Of a stretch of 27,122 nt of DNA, positions 1 through 9,138 are shown piece after piece (positions within the stretch are counted from its first letter, which is position 1; each line of letters opens with the position of its first letter). The stretch is from an uncultured Myxococcales bacterium (GTDB taxonomy: Bacteria; Myxococcota; UBA727; JABDBI01). The stretch is taken from NCBI GenBank assembly GCA_964602645.1, contig CAZRSD010000001.1, forward strand, positions 1 through 27,122, in the 5' to 3' direction. The translations under genes and the position numbers were made by a program. The notes under the pieces are model-generated. The model was given only the letters and a program-made list of their open reading frames with translations. It ran no database searches and was not told the DNA's origin.

Positions 1-6
1 TAAAAC

Positions 7-1464
7 ATGAGCAGCGCCAATACCCTCATCGATCTCGATCGTGCTGTAATCAAAAAGGGCGGACTTAAAAAATTTATTGAACTGTCATGGCATCAAATCG
101 AGCCGGGTAAAACGTTTGTGGCTGGTTGGCACATTGATGCCATTTGTGAGCACCTAGAAGCTATTTCTAGGGGTGAACTAACCCGTCTCATAATCAACAT
201 CCCACCTGGTTGTATGAAGAGCCTCACAGCCTGCGTATTCTGGCCAGCGTGGGTGTGGACGTTTAAGCCAGAAACAAAATGGATCTACGCATCCTATTCG
301 ATGGCTTTGAGCCGAAGAGATAATCTCAGGATGCGCCGTCTCATCGAATCAGAATGGTATCGCACGCGCTTTGGTGATGCCTTTAGACCGCTCGACGACA
401 ACTGGGGCACGGCTAAGTTCGTGAACGACAGGGCAGGGTTTCGGCTCTGTACCTCGGTAGATGGCACGGTCACCGGTGAGCATGCAGACGTTCAAGTTTG
501 CGACGACCCCATCAAGCCGCAAGATGTTTCCAAGACGTCTTTAACCAACTGTTTGGAGTGGTGGAACGAGACCATGTCGAGCCGTCTCGTCGACTTCGAA
601 AAGTCAGCACGCGTCATCATTATGCAACGGCTTCATGTAAACGATTTAGCTGGCGAAATGCTGAGAAACGGTGGCTATGAGCATCTTTGCTTGCCGATGG
701 AGTTTGAAAGCCGCTTTGCTTGTAAGACTTCCATTGGCTTCATAGACCCGCGCAACAAAGAATATGATTTGCTGTGGCCGAAAAGGTGCTCAGCGGAATC
801 GGTGCGTGAAATCAAGAAGGGTATCGGCACTGAGCGAGGTATCTCGGCTCAGTTGCAACAGCATCCGGTGCCCCATTCAGGCGCCATATTTAAAAGTGAC
901 GCGATAAAGCACTATGTAACGCCACCGCGAATGCCGACGGTGATAACGAGCTGGGATTGCACCTTCAAAGAAACTGGCTCGTCCTATGTGGTTGGGCAGG
1001 TGTGGGGGGTTAGTGATGAGCATGAATACTATGTTTTGCTCGATCAAGTGCGTGCTCGAATGAGTTTTAGTGACACGCTCGAAGCGATAAGAAAATTCTC
1101 AGTTAAATATCCCCAAAGCTCAGCCCACATCATCGAAGAAAAGGCTAACGGCAGCGCCATCATCGATATGCTGCGTGATGAGATATCTTCCTTAAAACCC
1201 GTGTTACCGGAAGGCGGCAAAGAAGCTCGCGCACATGCGGTAGAAGGGCTTTGGAGTGCGGGCAGGGTGTTGTTACCAGATCCAACGATTGCCCCGTGGA
1301 TAAACGACTTCATTCAAGAGGTGTTGGAGTTTCCAAGTTCCATCAACGACGACCAAGTGGATGCTATGACGCAAGCGCTCACCTGGCTCAGGGAGCGCAC
1401 TTTGCGCATGAAGACGTTTTATAAATCCATGAACAACACGGGCAACATGTCATGTTTTCTCTAA
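7..1464 (+). CDS. terL: Terminase large subunit
   Basis: ATPase motifs IINIPPGCMKS (Walker A-like) and VQVCDDPIK (Walker B), coupling motif IIMQRLH, C-terminal nuclease motifs SWDCTFK and NDDQVDAMTQAL. Directly precedes the portal. Confidence 0.95.
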   Translation: MSSANTLIDLDRAVIKKGGLKKFIELSWHQIEPGKTFVAGWHIDAICEHLEAISRGELTRLIINIPPGCMKSLTACVFWPAWVWTFKPETKWIYASYSMALSRRDNLRMRRLIESEWYRTRFGDAFRPLDDNWGTAKFVNDRAGFRLCTSVDGTVTGEHADVQVCDDPIKPQDVSKTSLTNCLEWWNETMSSRLVDFEKSARVIIMQRLHVNDLAGEMLRNGGYEHLCLPMEFESRFACKTSIGFIDPRNKEYDLLWPKRCSAESVREIKKGIGTERGISAQLQQHPVPHSGAIFKSDAIKHYVTPPRMPTVITSWDCTFKETGSSYVVGQVWGVSDEHEYYVLLDQVRARMSFSDTLEAIRKFSVKYPQSSAHIIEEKANGSAIIDMLRDEISSLKPVLPEGGKEARAHAVEGLWSAGRVLLPDPTIAPWINDFIQEVLEFPSSINDDQVDAMTQALTWLRERTLRMKTFYKSMNNTGNMSCFL

Positions 1465-2693
1465 AAGAGCGCAACGATTCCTGGCACAATCTCTTGTCGG
1501 GCCTGGGTTCGGGGAGAGATAAATCGACGTACTCGCATCTGCAGCCAAACGATAGCTTTTCGCCAGAGTACTTAGAACAACTCTACGTTAATGACGATAT
1601 AGCAGCACGTATTTGCGACTTAGTCCCCTATGAAATGCTTCGCCAAGGATTTTCCATCAAGGTCGATGATCAAGATTTTTTGCGAGCAGATTTAGGTGTT
1701 GCGCTCCGAGATGCTTTAGTGAAGGCGCGCATCTTTGGTGCGGCATTTATCTATGTTGGTGCCGATGATGGGCAGCCTCAAGACGCTCCTCTTTCCATGG
1801 CAAGAGTCAAAAGAGTCCGCTTCCTCAACGTGTTGACTACCAAGGACCTTAGTCATCAATCGTTTTACGCCGATCCTAACAGCGATAAATACGGTCAATG
1901 CGAGCTTTACCGTCTCAACGCTTCTTCGCATAATCAGACTGCGGTCATCCATGAAAGTCGCCTGATATCGTTTTATGGCACGTCACCGTTAAATCTACGT
2001 CAGTGGCCGCCAAGCATTTTGCAGCGAATCTATCCGGTGTTGCAGCAGTTTCATACGGCGTGGCAAGCAACCGCCCATCTCATGACGGACGCCGCTCAAG
2101 GAGTTTTCAAGCTTAAAGGTCTTCACAGCGCCATGTCATCCAATCGCAGCGAAGAGCTTTTGAAACGCATGGAACTTGTAGACATGAGCCGCTCCATTTC
2201 TCGCAGCATCATTTTAGACGCGGAAGACGAGGATTTTAGAAGAGACTCCTACGGATTTTCGGGCATCCCCGAGATTTTGGAAAAGATGATGCTTCGTCTC
2301 GCTGCTGCAGCCCGTCTTCCCGTATCGCTGCTCATGGGTCAGGCGCCTGCTGGTATGAATGCGACGGGTGAGAGCGATACACGCTTCTTTTATGACCAGG
2401 TTCGCGCCGAACAAGAAGCTGTCAAACCGAAATTGGAACGCTTGAGTAAAATCATCAACGCCAATGAAAACGCCAAAGTCAGCGTCGAGTTTCCCGCCCT
2501 TTGGCAGATGACCGACCGAGAAAAAGCAGAACTCAGGCGCATGGAAGCTGAAACCGACCGCATTTATCTGCAAGAAGGCGTTTTGCTCCCCGAAGAAGTC
2601 GCTATCAAGCGCTTTAGTCGTGGGGAATTTGCCATCGATTTAACTTCACGGGCAGAGCTTGCCCATAGCGAAAGGAACAAAGAAGATGAATGA
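1452..2693 (+). CDS. Portal protein, DUF1073 family
   Basis: LYVNDDIAARICDLVPYEMLRQGF, ARIFGAAFIY and AAARLPVSLLMGQAPAGMNATGESDTRFFYDQV are typical of DUF1073 portals; located after terL. Confidence 0.9.
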   Translation: MFSLKERNDSWHNLLSGLGSGRDKSTYSHLQPNDSFSPEYLEQLYVNDDIAARICDLVPYEMLRQGFSIKVDDQDFLRADLGVALRDALVKARIFGAAFIYVGADDGQPQDAPLSMARVKRVRFLNVLTTKDLSHQSFYADPNSDKYGQCELYRLNASSHNQTAVIHESRLISFYGTSPLNLRQWPPSILQRIYPVLQQFHTAWQATAHLMTDAAQGVFKLKGLHSAMSSNRSEELLKRMELVDMSRSISRSIILDAEDEDFRRDSYGFSGIPEILEKMMLRLAAAARLPVSLLMGQAPAGMNATGESDTRFFYDQVRAEQEAVKPKLERLSKIINANENAKVSVEFPALWQMTDREKAELRRMEAETDRIYLQEGVLLPEEVAIKRFSRGEFAIDLTSRAELAHSERNKEDE

Positions 2694-2859
2694 AAAGATG
2701 AAAAAGATAGCAGTTGGTGGTTCTGCTGTGGCGCTCGCCATCGCAATGGGTTTGCAAGCGTTTGTTTTTGGCACGAGCGATATTCAGACGCTGAAAGAAG
2801 AAGTTGTCAAGCTATCAGAGCGCGTAGCGAAGCTAGAAATACCGACGGCGCATGAATAA
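2686..2859 (+). CDS. Small single-TM plus coiled-coil protein (holin-like candidate)
   Basis: Start moved to ATG 2686 (MNEKMKK). Hydrophobic stretch IAVGGSAVALAIAMGLQAFVFG then heptad LKEEVVKLSERVAKLE. Overlaps both neighbours. Confidence 0.55.
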   Translation: MNEKMKKIAVGGSAVALAIAMGLQAFVFGTSDIQTLKEEVVKLSERVAKLEIPTAHE

Positions 2860-3541
2860 AGCTCCCACCATAAAGGGCTCAGCGCAAGCGCGACTGCTTC
2901 TTTATCGACTGCTGTCCAGCACGTTCATCGACGCGGAGAAAGGGCTGTTAACCGCTGATCCATCGTTATGGGAGCAGATTCTTTCAATGCTTGAAAAGGC
3001 CGTAGACTCCGATGTTCAGGCGAAATCTGGCCATGCCGTGCTGACACAAGCATTTTCGCACATAGATCGAACAACGCGCGAAGGTTTGCAGCGGCAGATC
3101 GAACGCTTGACCGGGCAACCTTTATGGTTGGGCGTTCATTCAACGGAGCTTTTGGATTTATTTATTGATGAACACCAAAAGCTCATCAAGTCGGTCCAAC
3201 GCGAACACTTGGACAAGATTAGTTTGGCTATAAAGCGAGGGCTACGCGAAGGCCGCCTACAAAAGGACATTTCAAAAGAGATTCGTCAGGTGACCGATAT
3301 AAGCAAACGTCGCGCTCAGCTCATCGCCCGCAATGCACCACTTCAGTACAGTGGTGCTTTAACCAAGCATCATCAAATGAGCTCGGGCATCAAAAAATAC
3401 CGCTGGCAAACGTCGCGCGATGAGCGGGTTCGTGATTCTCACGGCGACAGAAATGACAAGGTTTATAGCTGGGATGGTCCTGGTCCGCATCCGAGAAGCG
3501 AAGTAAATTGTCGTTGCGATGCGGTGCCGCTATTGAGTTAA
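2852..3541 (+). CDS. Minor head / head morphogenesis protein, SPP1 gp7 / Phage_Mu_F family
   Basis: C-terminal KYRWQTSRDERVRDSH...HPRSEVNCRCDAVP motif; RRAQLIAR motif. Confidence 0.92.
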   Translation: MNKAPTIKGSAQARLLLYRLLSSTFIDAEKGLLTADPSLWEQILSMLEKAVDSDVQAKSGHAVLTQAFSHIDRTTREGLQRQIERLTGQPLWLGVHSTELLDLFIDEHQKLIKSVQREHLDKISLAIKRGLREGRLQKDISKEIRQVTDISKRRAQLIARNAPLQYSGALTKHHQMSSGIKKYRWQTSRDERVRDSHGDRNDKVYSWDGPGPHPRSEVNCRCDAVPLLS

Positions 3542-3843
3542 GCAGCGCGGCGCTTTTGGACTGGTTCCATGACGATATGCATGATTCCACCGCAAGCTGC
3601 GACAATTTTTTGCAGTGTTTTTAATTCATACCGGTCATATTCAGCACTTTCATATCTGCTTATGGCCGATGCCGTCGTGCCGACTTTTTCGGCTACCGCA
3701 GCCTGTGTGAGATTGGCACGAGTTCTCAACTGTGCAAGTTGCTCGCCAATGGAAAGCTTTTCGTATTCAAGTTCAAAACCAGCCTTGAATTTTGGGTCAG
3801 CTAATTTTTTATCAAGCCAACTTACCTTTTTCTTTGTGCTCAT
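3538..3843 (-). CDS. higA: XRE-family HTH antitoxin (HigA-like)
   Basis: LAQLRTRANLTQAAVAEKVGTTASAISRYES helix-turn-helix; ATGA-coupled downstream of the toxin. Confidence 0.85.
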   Translation of the reverse strand: MSTKKKVSWLDKKLADPKFKAGFELEYEKLSIGEQLAQLRTRANLTQAAVAEKVGTTASAISRYESAEYDRYELKTLQKIVAACGGIMHIVMEPVQKRRAA

Positions 3844-4229
3844 GATTTCATCTCCCGGCTGATAAATTCTTGTTTTAAAGCTTCGGCTCGTTCAATTTCA
3901 CCTTTTGGCGTCTTTTGAGCCTTTTTGGCAAATCCGTGAGTCAAAATGATTCTCTGGCCAACGAAAAAGAAACATAACACTCGCCCTTGGTCCGCCTTAA
4001 ATTCAAAAATCTGTTCTGACCCACTCAAATGCTTAAATTTCTGTTCGTTGCTAATGCGTCCGTGGTCACCTATCCACGAAAATAGGGCGGCAAATTTTTG
4101 CTGTACTTGTAGCGGCATACTTTCTAACCATTCTTCGGCCAAAACTTCGCCCGATTCTCTCCTGTAAAATTCGATATCAAAAACGCGACCAGCATAGGCG
4201 AGCGTTGTGGTTTCATTTCTTTTTGTCAC
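3840..4229 (-). CDS. higB: RelE/ParE-superfamily toxin (Gp49/DUF891, HigB-like)
   Basis: KFKHLSGSEQIFEFK...GRVLCFFFVGQRIILTHGFAKKAQKTPKGEIERAE matches the Gp49/DUF891 pattern; toxin-first order; GTG start. Confidence 0.85.
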   Translation of the reverse strand: MTKRNETTTLAYAGRVFDIEFYRRESGEVLAEEWLESMPLQVQQKFAALFSWIGDHGRISNEQKFKHLSGSEQIFEFKADQGRVLCFFFVGQRIILTHGFAKKAQKTPKGEIERAEALKQEFISREMKS

Positions 4230-4247
4230 CTATTTCTATTCCCCATA

Positions 4248-4277
4248 AACATAGCATATGTGCTAATATACAGCAAG
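4248..4277 (-). promoter_or_regulatory. Sigma70-type promoter of higBA with overlapping palindromic operator
   Basis: Minus strand TTGCTG-N17-TATGTT. Inverted repeat TAGCA-tatg-TGCTA (4252-4265) lies in the spacer and overlaps the -10. Confidence 0.65.
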
Positions 4278-4290
4278 CAGAAAAAATCTC

Positions 4291-4341
4291 AAACCCGAAA
4301 CTCAGATAAATGGCTTCAATCTGATCACCGGTCTTTATACT
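4291..4341 (+). promoter_or_regulatory. Putative late promoter, copy 1
   Basis: AAAcccGAAaCTCAgATaaaTGGCTTCAATC-N14-TATACT, with ATG 6 nt after the -10. Same layout and spacing as 14761-14811. Confidence 0.6.
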
Positions 4342-4347
4342 GACCAA

Positions 4348-5415
4348 ATGGAAGTACTACGATTTGATTTCAATGGCTCATCCGGTGAGTTTCGACGGAC
4401 TCCGCAGGGGTTTTTACGCGTCAATGCTCGTCTGACTAAGACCGGCGTTTTCAATTATCAAAGCCAGCGTGAATATCGCTCCGACGAAGAGGTTTTTCGC
4501 GCTGATTCATTAGAATCCATCAAAGGCGCGCCAGTCACTGATTTACATCCGTCTGAGAAAAGCGCTGATAGCTTTTTAACGCCCACTAATGCCAAGAACC
4601 ACATCATTGGTATCACCGAGGGCGTAGAGCGCGATGGGCCATATCTCAAGGGCTCACTCATCATTTTCCATGAAGATGTCATCAAGGCCATCGAAAGCGG
4701 TGAGCGCAAAGAGATTTCGCTGGGCTATAAATGCCAGCTCGATCCTACGCCGGGAACGTGGAATGGCGAGCCCTATGATGCCGTGCAAAAAAACATTGTC
4801 GTGAACCACGTTGCCATCGGTCCCAAGGGCTGGGGAAGAGCAGGGGCTGATTGCTCTATTCGCACCGATTCGCAAACACCTACACAAGGAAATTTGAAGA
4901 TGACTGAAGTAATACGCCTCGATGGCGTAGATATAGCGCTGACGCCCGATGTTATTGGTGCATTATTGTCCGAAAGGAAACGTCAATACGAAGAACTTCG
5001 CGGGCGATTTGATGCTATCGGCCTTGAGCTTGAAAAGGAGAAAGCAGCACGAGCTGCATTAGAGGATCCACAGGCTATCGAGACTAAAGTGCAGAATCGC
5101 CTGAAGCTCGTAGAAAAATGCCGCCGCATTTTGGGTGATGAAACCTCTATAGAAGGTAAGACCGATGAAGAGCTCAAGCTTTTAGTCATTAAGAAATTTC
5201 ATCCCGATATCGATCTTTCCGGCAAGGACCAAAGCTACATCGATGGCATGTTTGAAGCGCTATTGGTAACCAGCGCGGAACGGAATGATTCTTTGGCAGT
5301 CACCCGGCAAGCCATCTATCACCATACTGATTCTAAAGCGAACCAAGCCTATGAAAAATGGCTCGAGCAGAGCGCGAAGATGTGGACGGTGCCATTAACT
5401 GGTTCAGTGAGGTAG
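4348..5415 (+). CDS. Prohead protease / scaffold, DUF2213 family
   Basis: RRTPQGFLRVNARLTKTGVFNY, GAPVTDLHP, EISLGYKC, NHVAIGPKGWGRAG; helical scaffold-like C-terminus. Confidence 0.92.
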   Translation: MEVLRFDFNGSSGEFRRTPQGFLRVNARLTKTGVFNYQSQREYRSDEEVFRADSLESIKGAPVTDLHPSEKSADSFLTPTNAKNHIIGITEGVERDGPYLKGSLIIFHEDVIKAIESGERKEISLGYKCQLDPTPGTWNGEPYDAVQKNIVVNHVAIGPKGWGRAGADCSIRTDSQTPTQGNLKMTEVIRLDGVDIALTPDVIGALLSERKRQYEELRGRFDAIGLELEKEKAARAALEDPQAIETKVQNRLKLVEKCRRILGDETSIEGKTDEELKLLVIKKFHPDIDLSGKDQSYIDGMFEALLVTSAERNDSLAVTRQAIYHHTDSKANQAYEKWLEQSAKMWTVPLTGSVR

Positions 5416-5421
5416 GCAAGT

Positions 5422-5883
5422 ATGACTGATATACAGATTGAATCTCCAAGAGACAGATTGCGCGCTCAGGTGGGCCAAAAGGTTGATGCGATGCCATCAA
5501 CAGTGGTTTCTGCCCAGTCCAATAGCGAAATCCCCTTTGGTGCTCTCGTTGTGTACGATGACAGCGACGCCTTCTTATGCAAACTCCCCGTCGCAAAAAC
5601 TCCCATTGAAAAACCATTGGGCATCACGTTACGTCAAAACCACTGCCAAAAATACGAGCCCAAGAACTCCATTGCCGTGCTACGCAAGGGCCGGATTTGG
5701 GTAGAAGCCGAAAAGGTCAATGCACCCGGTGATGTGGTTTACGTAAAATTCGCTGAAGATGGTACCGCCAAGTTCAGTAGCGATAAGAAGGACAATATCC
5801 AGTTAAAGGGTGCCATCTTTTTGGAAAAATCCGAAGGTGGCCTCACACCCATCGAGGTTAATTTCTTCGGAGGTGTGCAATGA
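5422..5883 (+). CDS. Head decoration / capsid cement protein
   Basis: IPFGALVV...IAVLRKGRIWV...GDVVYV pattern; lies between protease and capsid genes. Confidence 0.75.
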   Translation: MTDIQIESPRDRLRAQVGQKVDAMPSTVVSAQSNSEIPFGALVVYDDSDAFLCKLPVAKTPIEKPLGITLRQNHCQKYEPKNSIAVLRKGRIWVEAEKVNAPGDVVYVKFAEDGTAKFSSDKKDNIQLKGAIFLEKSEGGLTPIEVNFFGGVQ

Positions 5884-6761
5884 GCTTCACGCCGCAAACA
5901 GTCTTTTTAAAGCAGCAGCTCAATCATGTTTTAAACCAGGCCTTCCAGGAGACGTTTCCTGCTCTCAAAGCACGAACGTTTATACCTGTTAACCGTAGCA
6001 TTCCCCAAGCTGCAGAAACCGTATCAGCGCGCATCTGGGATGCTTATGGTGAGGCTAAGATCCTCAATCCCAATGCCGATGATTTTCCATCAGTGAGCGT
6101 TGGACAGCGCGAAGCTTATGCGCCTATCAAATCGCTTGGATGCTTTTTTGAGTATTCCGTGCTTGATCTGCGCCGCAGCGAACTCGCTGGCACCGGCTTA
6201 GACGGTAAGTTGGCCACTGCCGCACGTCAAACCATCGAAGCCAAGATTGATAGATTGGCGGTCAATGGTGACGAACGGTTCGGCATCAAAGGGCTCTGCA
6301 ATCATGATGGCCCTAATGGCATCACGAGCCAAACGCTCAGCAAATGGTTTGGCGACAAAGTTAAGCCACCCGAACAGATGCTCGCTGATATCAATCAGCT
6401 TGTTTCAACCATTGCAGAAGATACTAACAACGTGCTTTTGCCTGATACGCTGCTGTTGCCAGTAAGGCACTTTGCTCATATCGCGCAGACGCCATACTCG
6501 GGGCAGAGCAATATTACGATTCTCAATTATCTACTGAGCAACAATCCTTACATCAAAAACATCGATAGCTGGGTGCATCTCAAGGATAAGTGCATTCTCT
6601 ATCCCCGGACGCCACAAGCGCTTGAAATGTATCTGCCTTTAGAGTTTGAGATGCTCGAGCCTCAGGCCATGGGCATGAACATTCGCATTCATTGTCATGC
6701 GCGTTTTGGTGGCGTGCAAGTGTATACGCCGAAGGCATGCGCATACGGGGTGGGCTTATGA
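5880..6761 (+). CDS. Major capsid protein, DUF2184 family (HK97 fold)
   Basis: LAVNGDERFGIKGLCNH, LLPDTLLLP, HCHARFGGVQVYTPKA motifs; strong RBS GGAGGT; position in head module. Confidence 0.9.
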   Translation: MSFTPQTVFLKQQLNHVLNQAFQETFPALKARTFIPVNRSIPQAAETVSARIWDAYGEAKILNPNADDFPSVSVGQREAYAPIKSLGCFFEYSVLDLRRSELAGTGLDGKLATAARQTIEAKIDRLAVNGDERFGIKGLCNHDGPNGITSQTLSKWFGDKVKPPEQMLADINQLVSTIAEDTNNVLLPDTLLLPVRHFAHIAQTPYSGQSNITILNYLLSNNPYIKNIDSWVHLKDKCILYPRTPQALEMYLPLEFEMLEPQAMGMNIRIHCHARFGGVQVYTPKACAYGVGL

Positions 6762-7039
6762 GCCTTGCACGATTTCTAAAACGCTTTCCTGAATTTGATG
6801 AGAAGGGGATTGAGCCAAGCCTCGTTGAGCTGGCCATCGCCGAAGCCCAAAGCGAGATGAATCAGAAATACTGGGGTGAGCTATTTGAGCAGGGCTCGCA
6901 TTTCTTGGCAGCGCATAAGCTCGCCATTTCCCCTATGGGAGAGAACTGCCGCTTGGAAGCCTCAGCGGAAAAGACCATCTACCAACTCGAATATGAACGC
7001 TTGTGTAAATCGGCTTTCATGGGGGCACACGTCATATGA
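6758..7039 (+). CDS. Head-tail adaptor, DUF4054 family
   Basis: Start moved to ATG 6758 (ATGA overlap with capsid stop). FLKRFPEF, WGELFEQGSHFLAAHKLA, TIYQLEYERL. Confidence 0.8.
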   Translation: MSLARFLKRFPEFDEKGIEPSLVELAIAEAQSEMNQKYWGELFEQGSHFLAAHKLAISPMGENCRLEASAEKTIYQLEYERLCKSAFMGAHVI

Positions 7040-7497
7040 AATTTCTCAACGATGACAAGCGTCAGCAACAGCGGCTCGAAAAACTGCTGAAGAAAGCTCA
7101 AAGGCAGCCTCACGTTGCGGTAGGCATCTTACAGGACGAAGAACGTGAAGATGGTTTCTCCATGGTTGATTTGGCGATGGTGCATGAATATGGCTCTCAA
7201 GCCCGCAATATTCCGCCTCGCTCTTTTATACGGTCTACTTGTGACGCTAAACGCAAAGAGCATTTAGAGCTCATCCGCAAATTTCAATGGAAGATCTTGC
7301 TCGGACGCATCACCGCTCAACAGGCGCTTACTCAATTGGGAGAAGTCGTCTCCAAAGACATGGTGAAAACTATCAACAATGGCATAGAGCCTCGGCTGGA
7401 AGCACGCACCGTCAAGCGCAAGGGCAGCTCAAAACCTCTTATTGATACTGGTCGCCTGAAGGGCTCCCTCACTCATGAGATACGAGGTGGTGCATGA
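7036..7497 (+). CDS. Neck / virion morphogenesis protein (HK97 gp10-like)
   Basis: VAVGIL, AMVHEYGS, IPPRSFIRST, KGSSKPLIDTGRLKGS motifs. Confidence 0.82.
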   Translation: MKFLNDDKRQQQRLEKLLKKAQRQPHVAVGILQDEEREDGFSMVDLAMVHEYGSQARNIPPRSFIRSTCDAKRKEHLELIRKFQWKILLGRITAQQALTQLGEVVSKDMVKTINNGIEPRLEARTVKRKGSSKPLIDTGRLKGSLTHEIRGGA

Positions 7498-8003
7498 GCT
7501 TTTGTCCCGGCCTGCAAATCACCCTGGAGCATGTTTTTGAGAGTGCTACAGGCATCCCCTTCGTGTGGAGCGATGAGCCTATTAAGGTGATGCAAAAGCC
7601 TTATGGTGTGTTGGCGCTCGGTCAAAGCATCACGCTCGGAAGGGACTCTAGCCGATACACCTTCAGCCATAGTGATACGACCATCGATATCATCGGGCAC
7701 CGCGAGCTCACCATCAACGTACAGGTGTTTTCGCGACAGGCGCGTGGCGATTGCTCAGCGCGAGCATTGATCGAAAAAGCACGCCTATGCTTGGCCAATC
7801 CCGTCCATCGCGATGAGTTACGCAGCGCAGGTCTTGTATTTGTGGAAAATCATCCCATCGCCGATCTCGATTTCACCTTCCAGAATCGTAAAGAGAACCG
7901 TAGTGCCTTCGATGTGGTGTTTCGGCTCGTGCTGCAAGAACACGTTTCAACCAACAAAATTACCTATTTCGATTCCATTGCCGTCAGCGAGAATTTCCTA
8001 TGA
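7494..8003 (+). CDS. Neck / tail terminator protein
   Basis: Immediately before the sheath gene; KPY...GRD...ELTINVQVF...ENRSAFDVVF pattern of myophage neck terminators. Confidence 0.7.
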   Translation: MSFCPGLQITLEHVFESATGIPFVWSDEPIKVMQKPYGVLALGQSITLGRDSSRYTFSHSDTTIDIIGHRELTINVQVFSRQARGDCSARALIEKARLCLANPVHRDELRSAGLVFVENHPIADLDFTFQNRKENRSAFDVVFRLVLQEHVSTNKITYFDSIAVSENFL

Positions 8004-9130
8004 GCATAGACAGCATTGTTAACGTTACCATAACGTCGCAAAGCCTGCATATGTCACAGGCTGGCTTTGGCACGCCATTGATAATCGCAGAGCATGACTA
8101 TTGGACAGAGCGGGTAAAAAGCTTCAGCGATTTATCGGAGCTCACCTTCGTTCCTAAAAAGCCCGCTGAAACTGCGCCGACTAATGTTGCAAGAACTGTT
8201 ATGACTACCGATTCTGGTGCGCCTGCTGTTCCAAAGAAAGAACCGCAACCACAATTGATACCAAAAGATTCTGCGCTCTATCTCACGGCGCAAGCACTGA
8301 TATCGCAGACGCCGCGGGTGCCTAAATTCAAAGTTGGTCTGCGAGAAAAAACTGAAAGCGTCGCGGATGCGTTAGACAAGATTTTACTCGACGATAAAGA
8401 CGGTGATTTTTACGGCATCCTTTTGGCGGCTGATTATGGAGATGATCACGCAAAATATATCGCGGACGTTCAATCATTAATATCGACCCTCAAGGATAAG
8501 CGACTCTTGGCCGGCATTGATGTCACCGAAAAACAGTTGGCGGCATTTCCGGAAAAGGGCATGACTAGTGGCCGTCTGTTTTATATCTACAAAGAAGATG
8601 GCGCTGATTTTCCCGCCGCTGCCTGGATGGGCAAGATGTTGCCTGAGGCACCTGGTTCAACGACGTGGGCTTTCAAAGAACTGAGGGACATCACCAAGTC
8701 AAAGTTGAACACCACGACGATCGACACGCTTAAAAAGCGCAATATCAACCGACACCTCTACATCAACAACAAGGGCGTGACCTTGGATGGCAAGGTGTCA
8801 GCCGATGAATATATCGATATTGTGCACGGCATCGATTGGCTTCACGTACGCATCCAAGAGCGGATATTTCGCTTGTTGATGCTCAATGGCAAGATTCCAT
8901 ATACGTTAAAAGGTATCGATTTGGTTCGTTCGGAACTTCTTGCCCAACTCAAAGACGCGGTAAGGCGAGGGCTCTTAGCCGAAGATCCAGAGCCAACGGT
9001 GAGCATACCGGATATTGACTCAATTCCCATTGAGAAAAAAGAGAGCCGCATATTGCCCGACGTGAAGTTTAGCGCCCGCTTAGCGGGTGCCATCCATGCA
9101 ATTGAGATTCGCGGAACCGTTACGAATTAG
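8000..9130 (+). CDS. Contractile tail sheath protein, DUF3383 family
   Basis: MSIDSIVNVTI, GFGTPLII, PGSTTWAFKEL, EYIDIVHGIDWL, KIPYTLKGID, ARLAGAIHAIEIRGTV. Confidence 0.93.
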   Translation: MSIDSIVNVTITSQSLHMSQAGFGTPLIIAEHDYWTERVKSFSDLSELTFVPKKPAETAPTNVARTVMTTDSGAPAVPKKEPQPQLIPKDSALYLTAQALISQTPRVPKFKVGLREKTESVADALDKILLDDKDGDFYGILLAADYGDDHAKYIADVQSLISTLKDKRLLAGIDVTEKQLAAFPEKGMTSGRLFYIYKEDGADFPAAAWMGKMLPEAPGSTTWAFKELRDITKSKLNTTTIDTLKKRNINRHLYINNKGVTLDGKVSADEYIDIVHGIDWLHVRIQERIFRLLMLNGKIPYTLKGIDLVRSELLAQLKDAVRRGLLAEDPEPTVSIPDIDSIPIEKKESRILPDVKFSARLAGAIHAIEIRGTVTN

Positions 9131-9138
9131 GAGGGGAT

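Noticed and set aside
1452-2693. Possible 'anti-CBASS Acb1' label sometimes attached to DUF1073 proteins
   Set aside because: No HxT/HxS 2H-phosphoesterase motifs seen; size, motifs and position after terL indicate a portal.
5880-6761. Encapsulin / Linocin M18 nanocompartment
   Set aside because: The fold family is related, but the gene is flanked by protease, decoration, portal and terminase genes, so it is a phage capsid.
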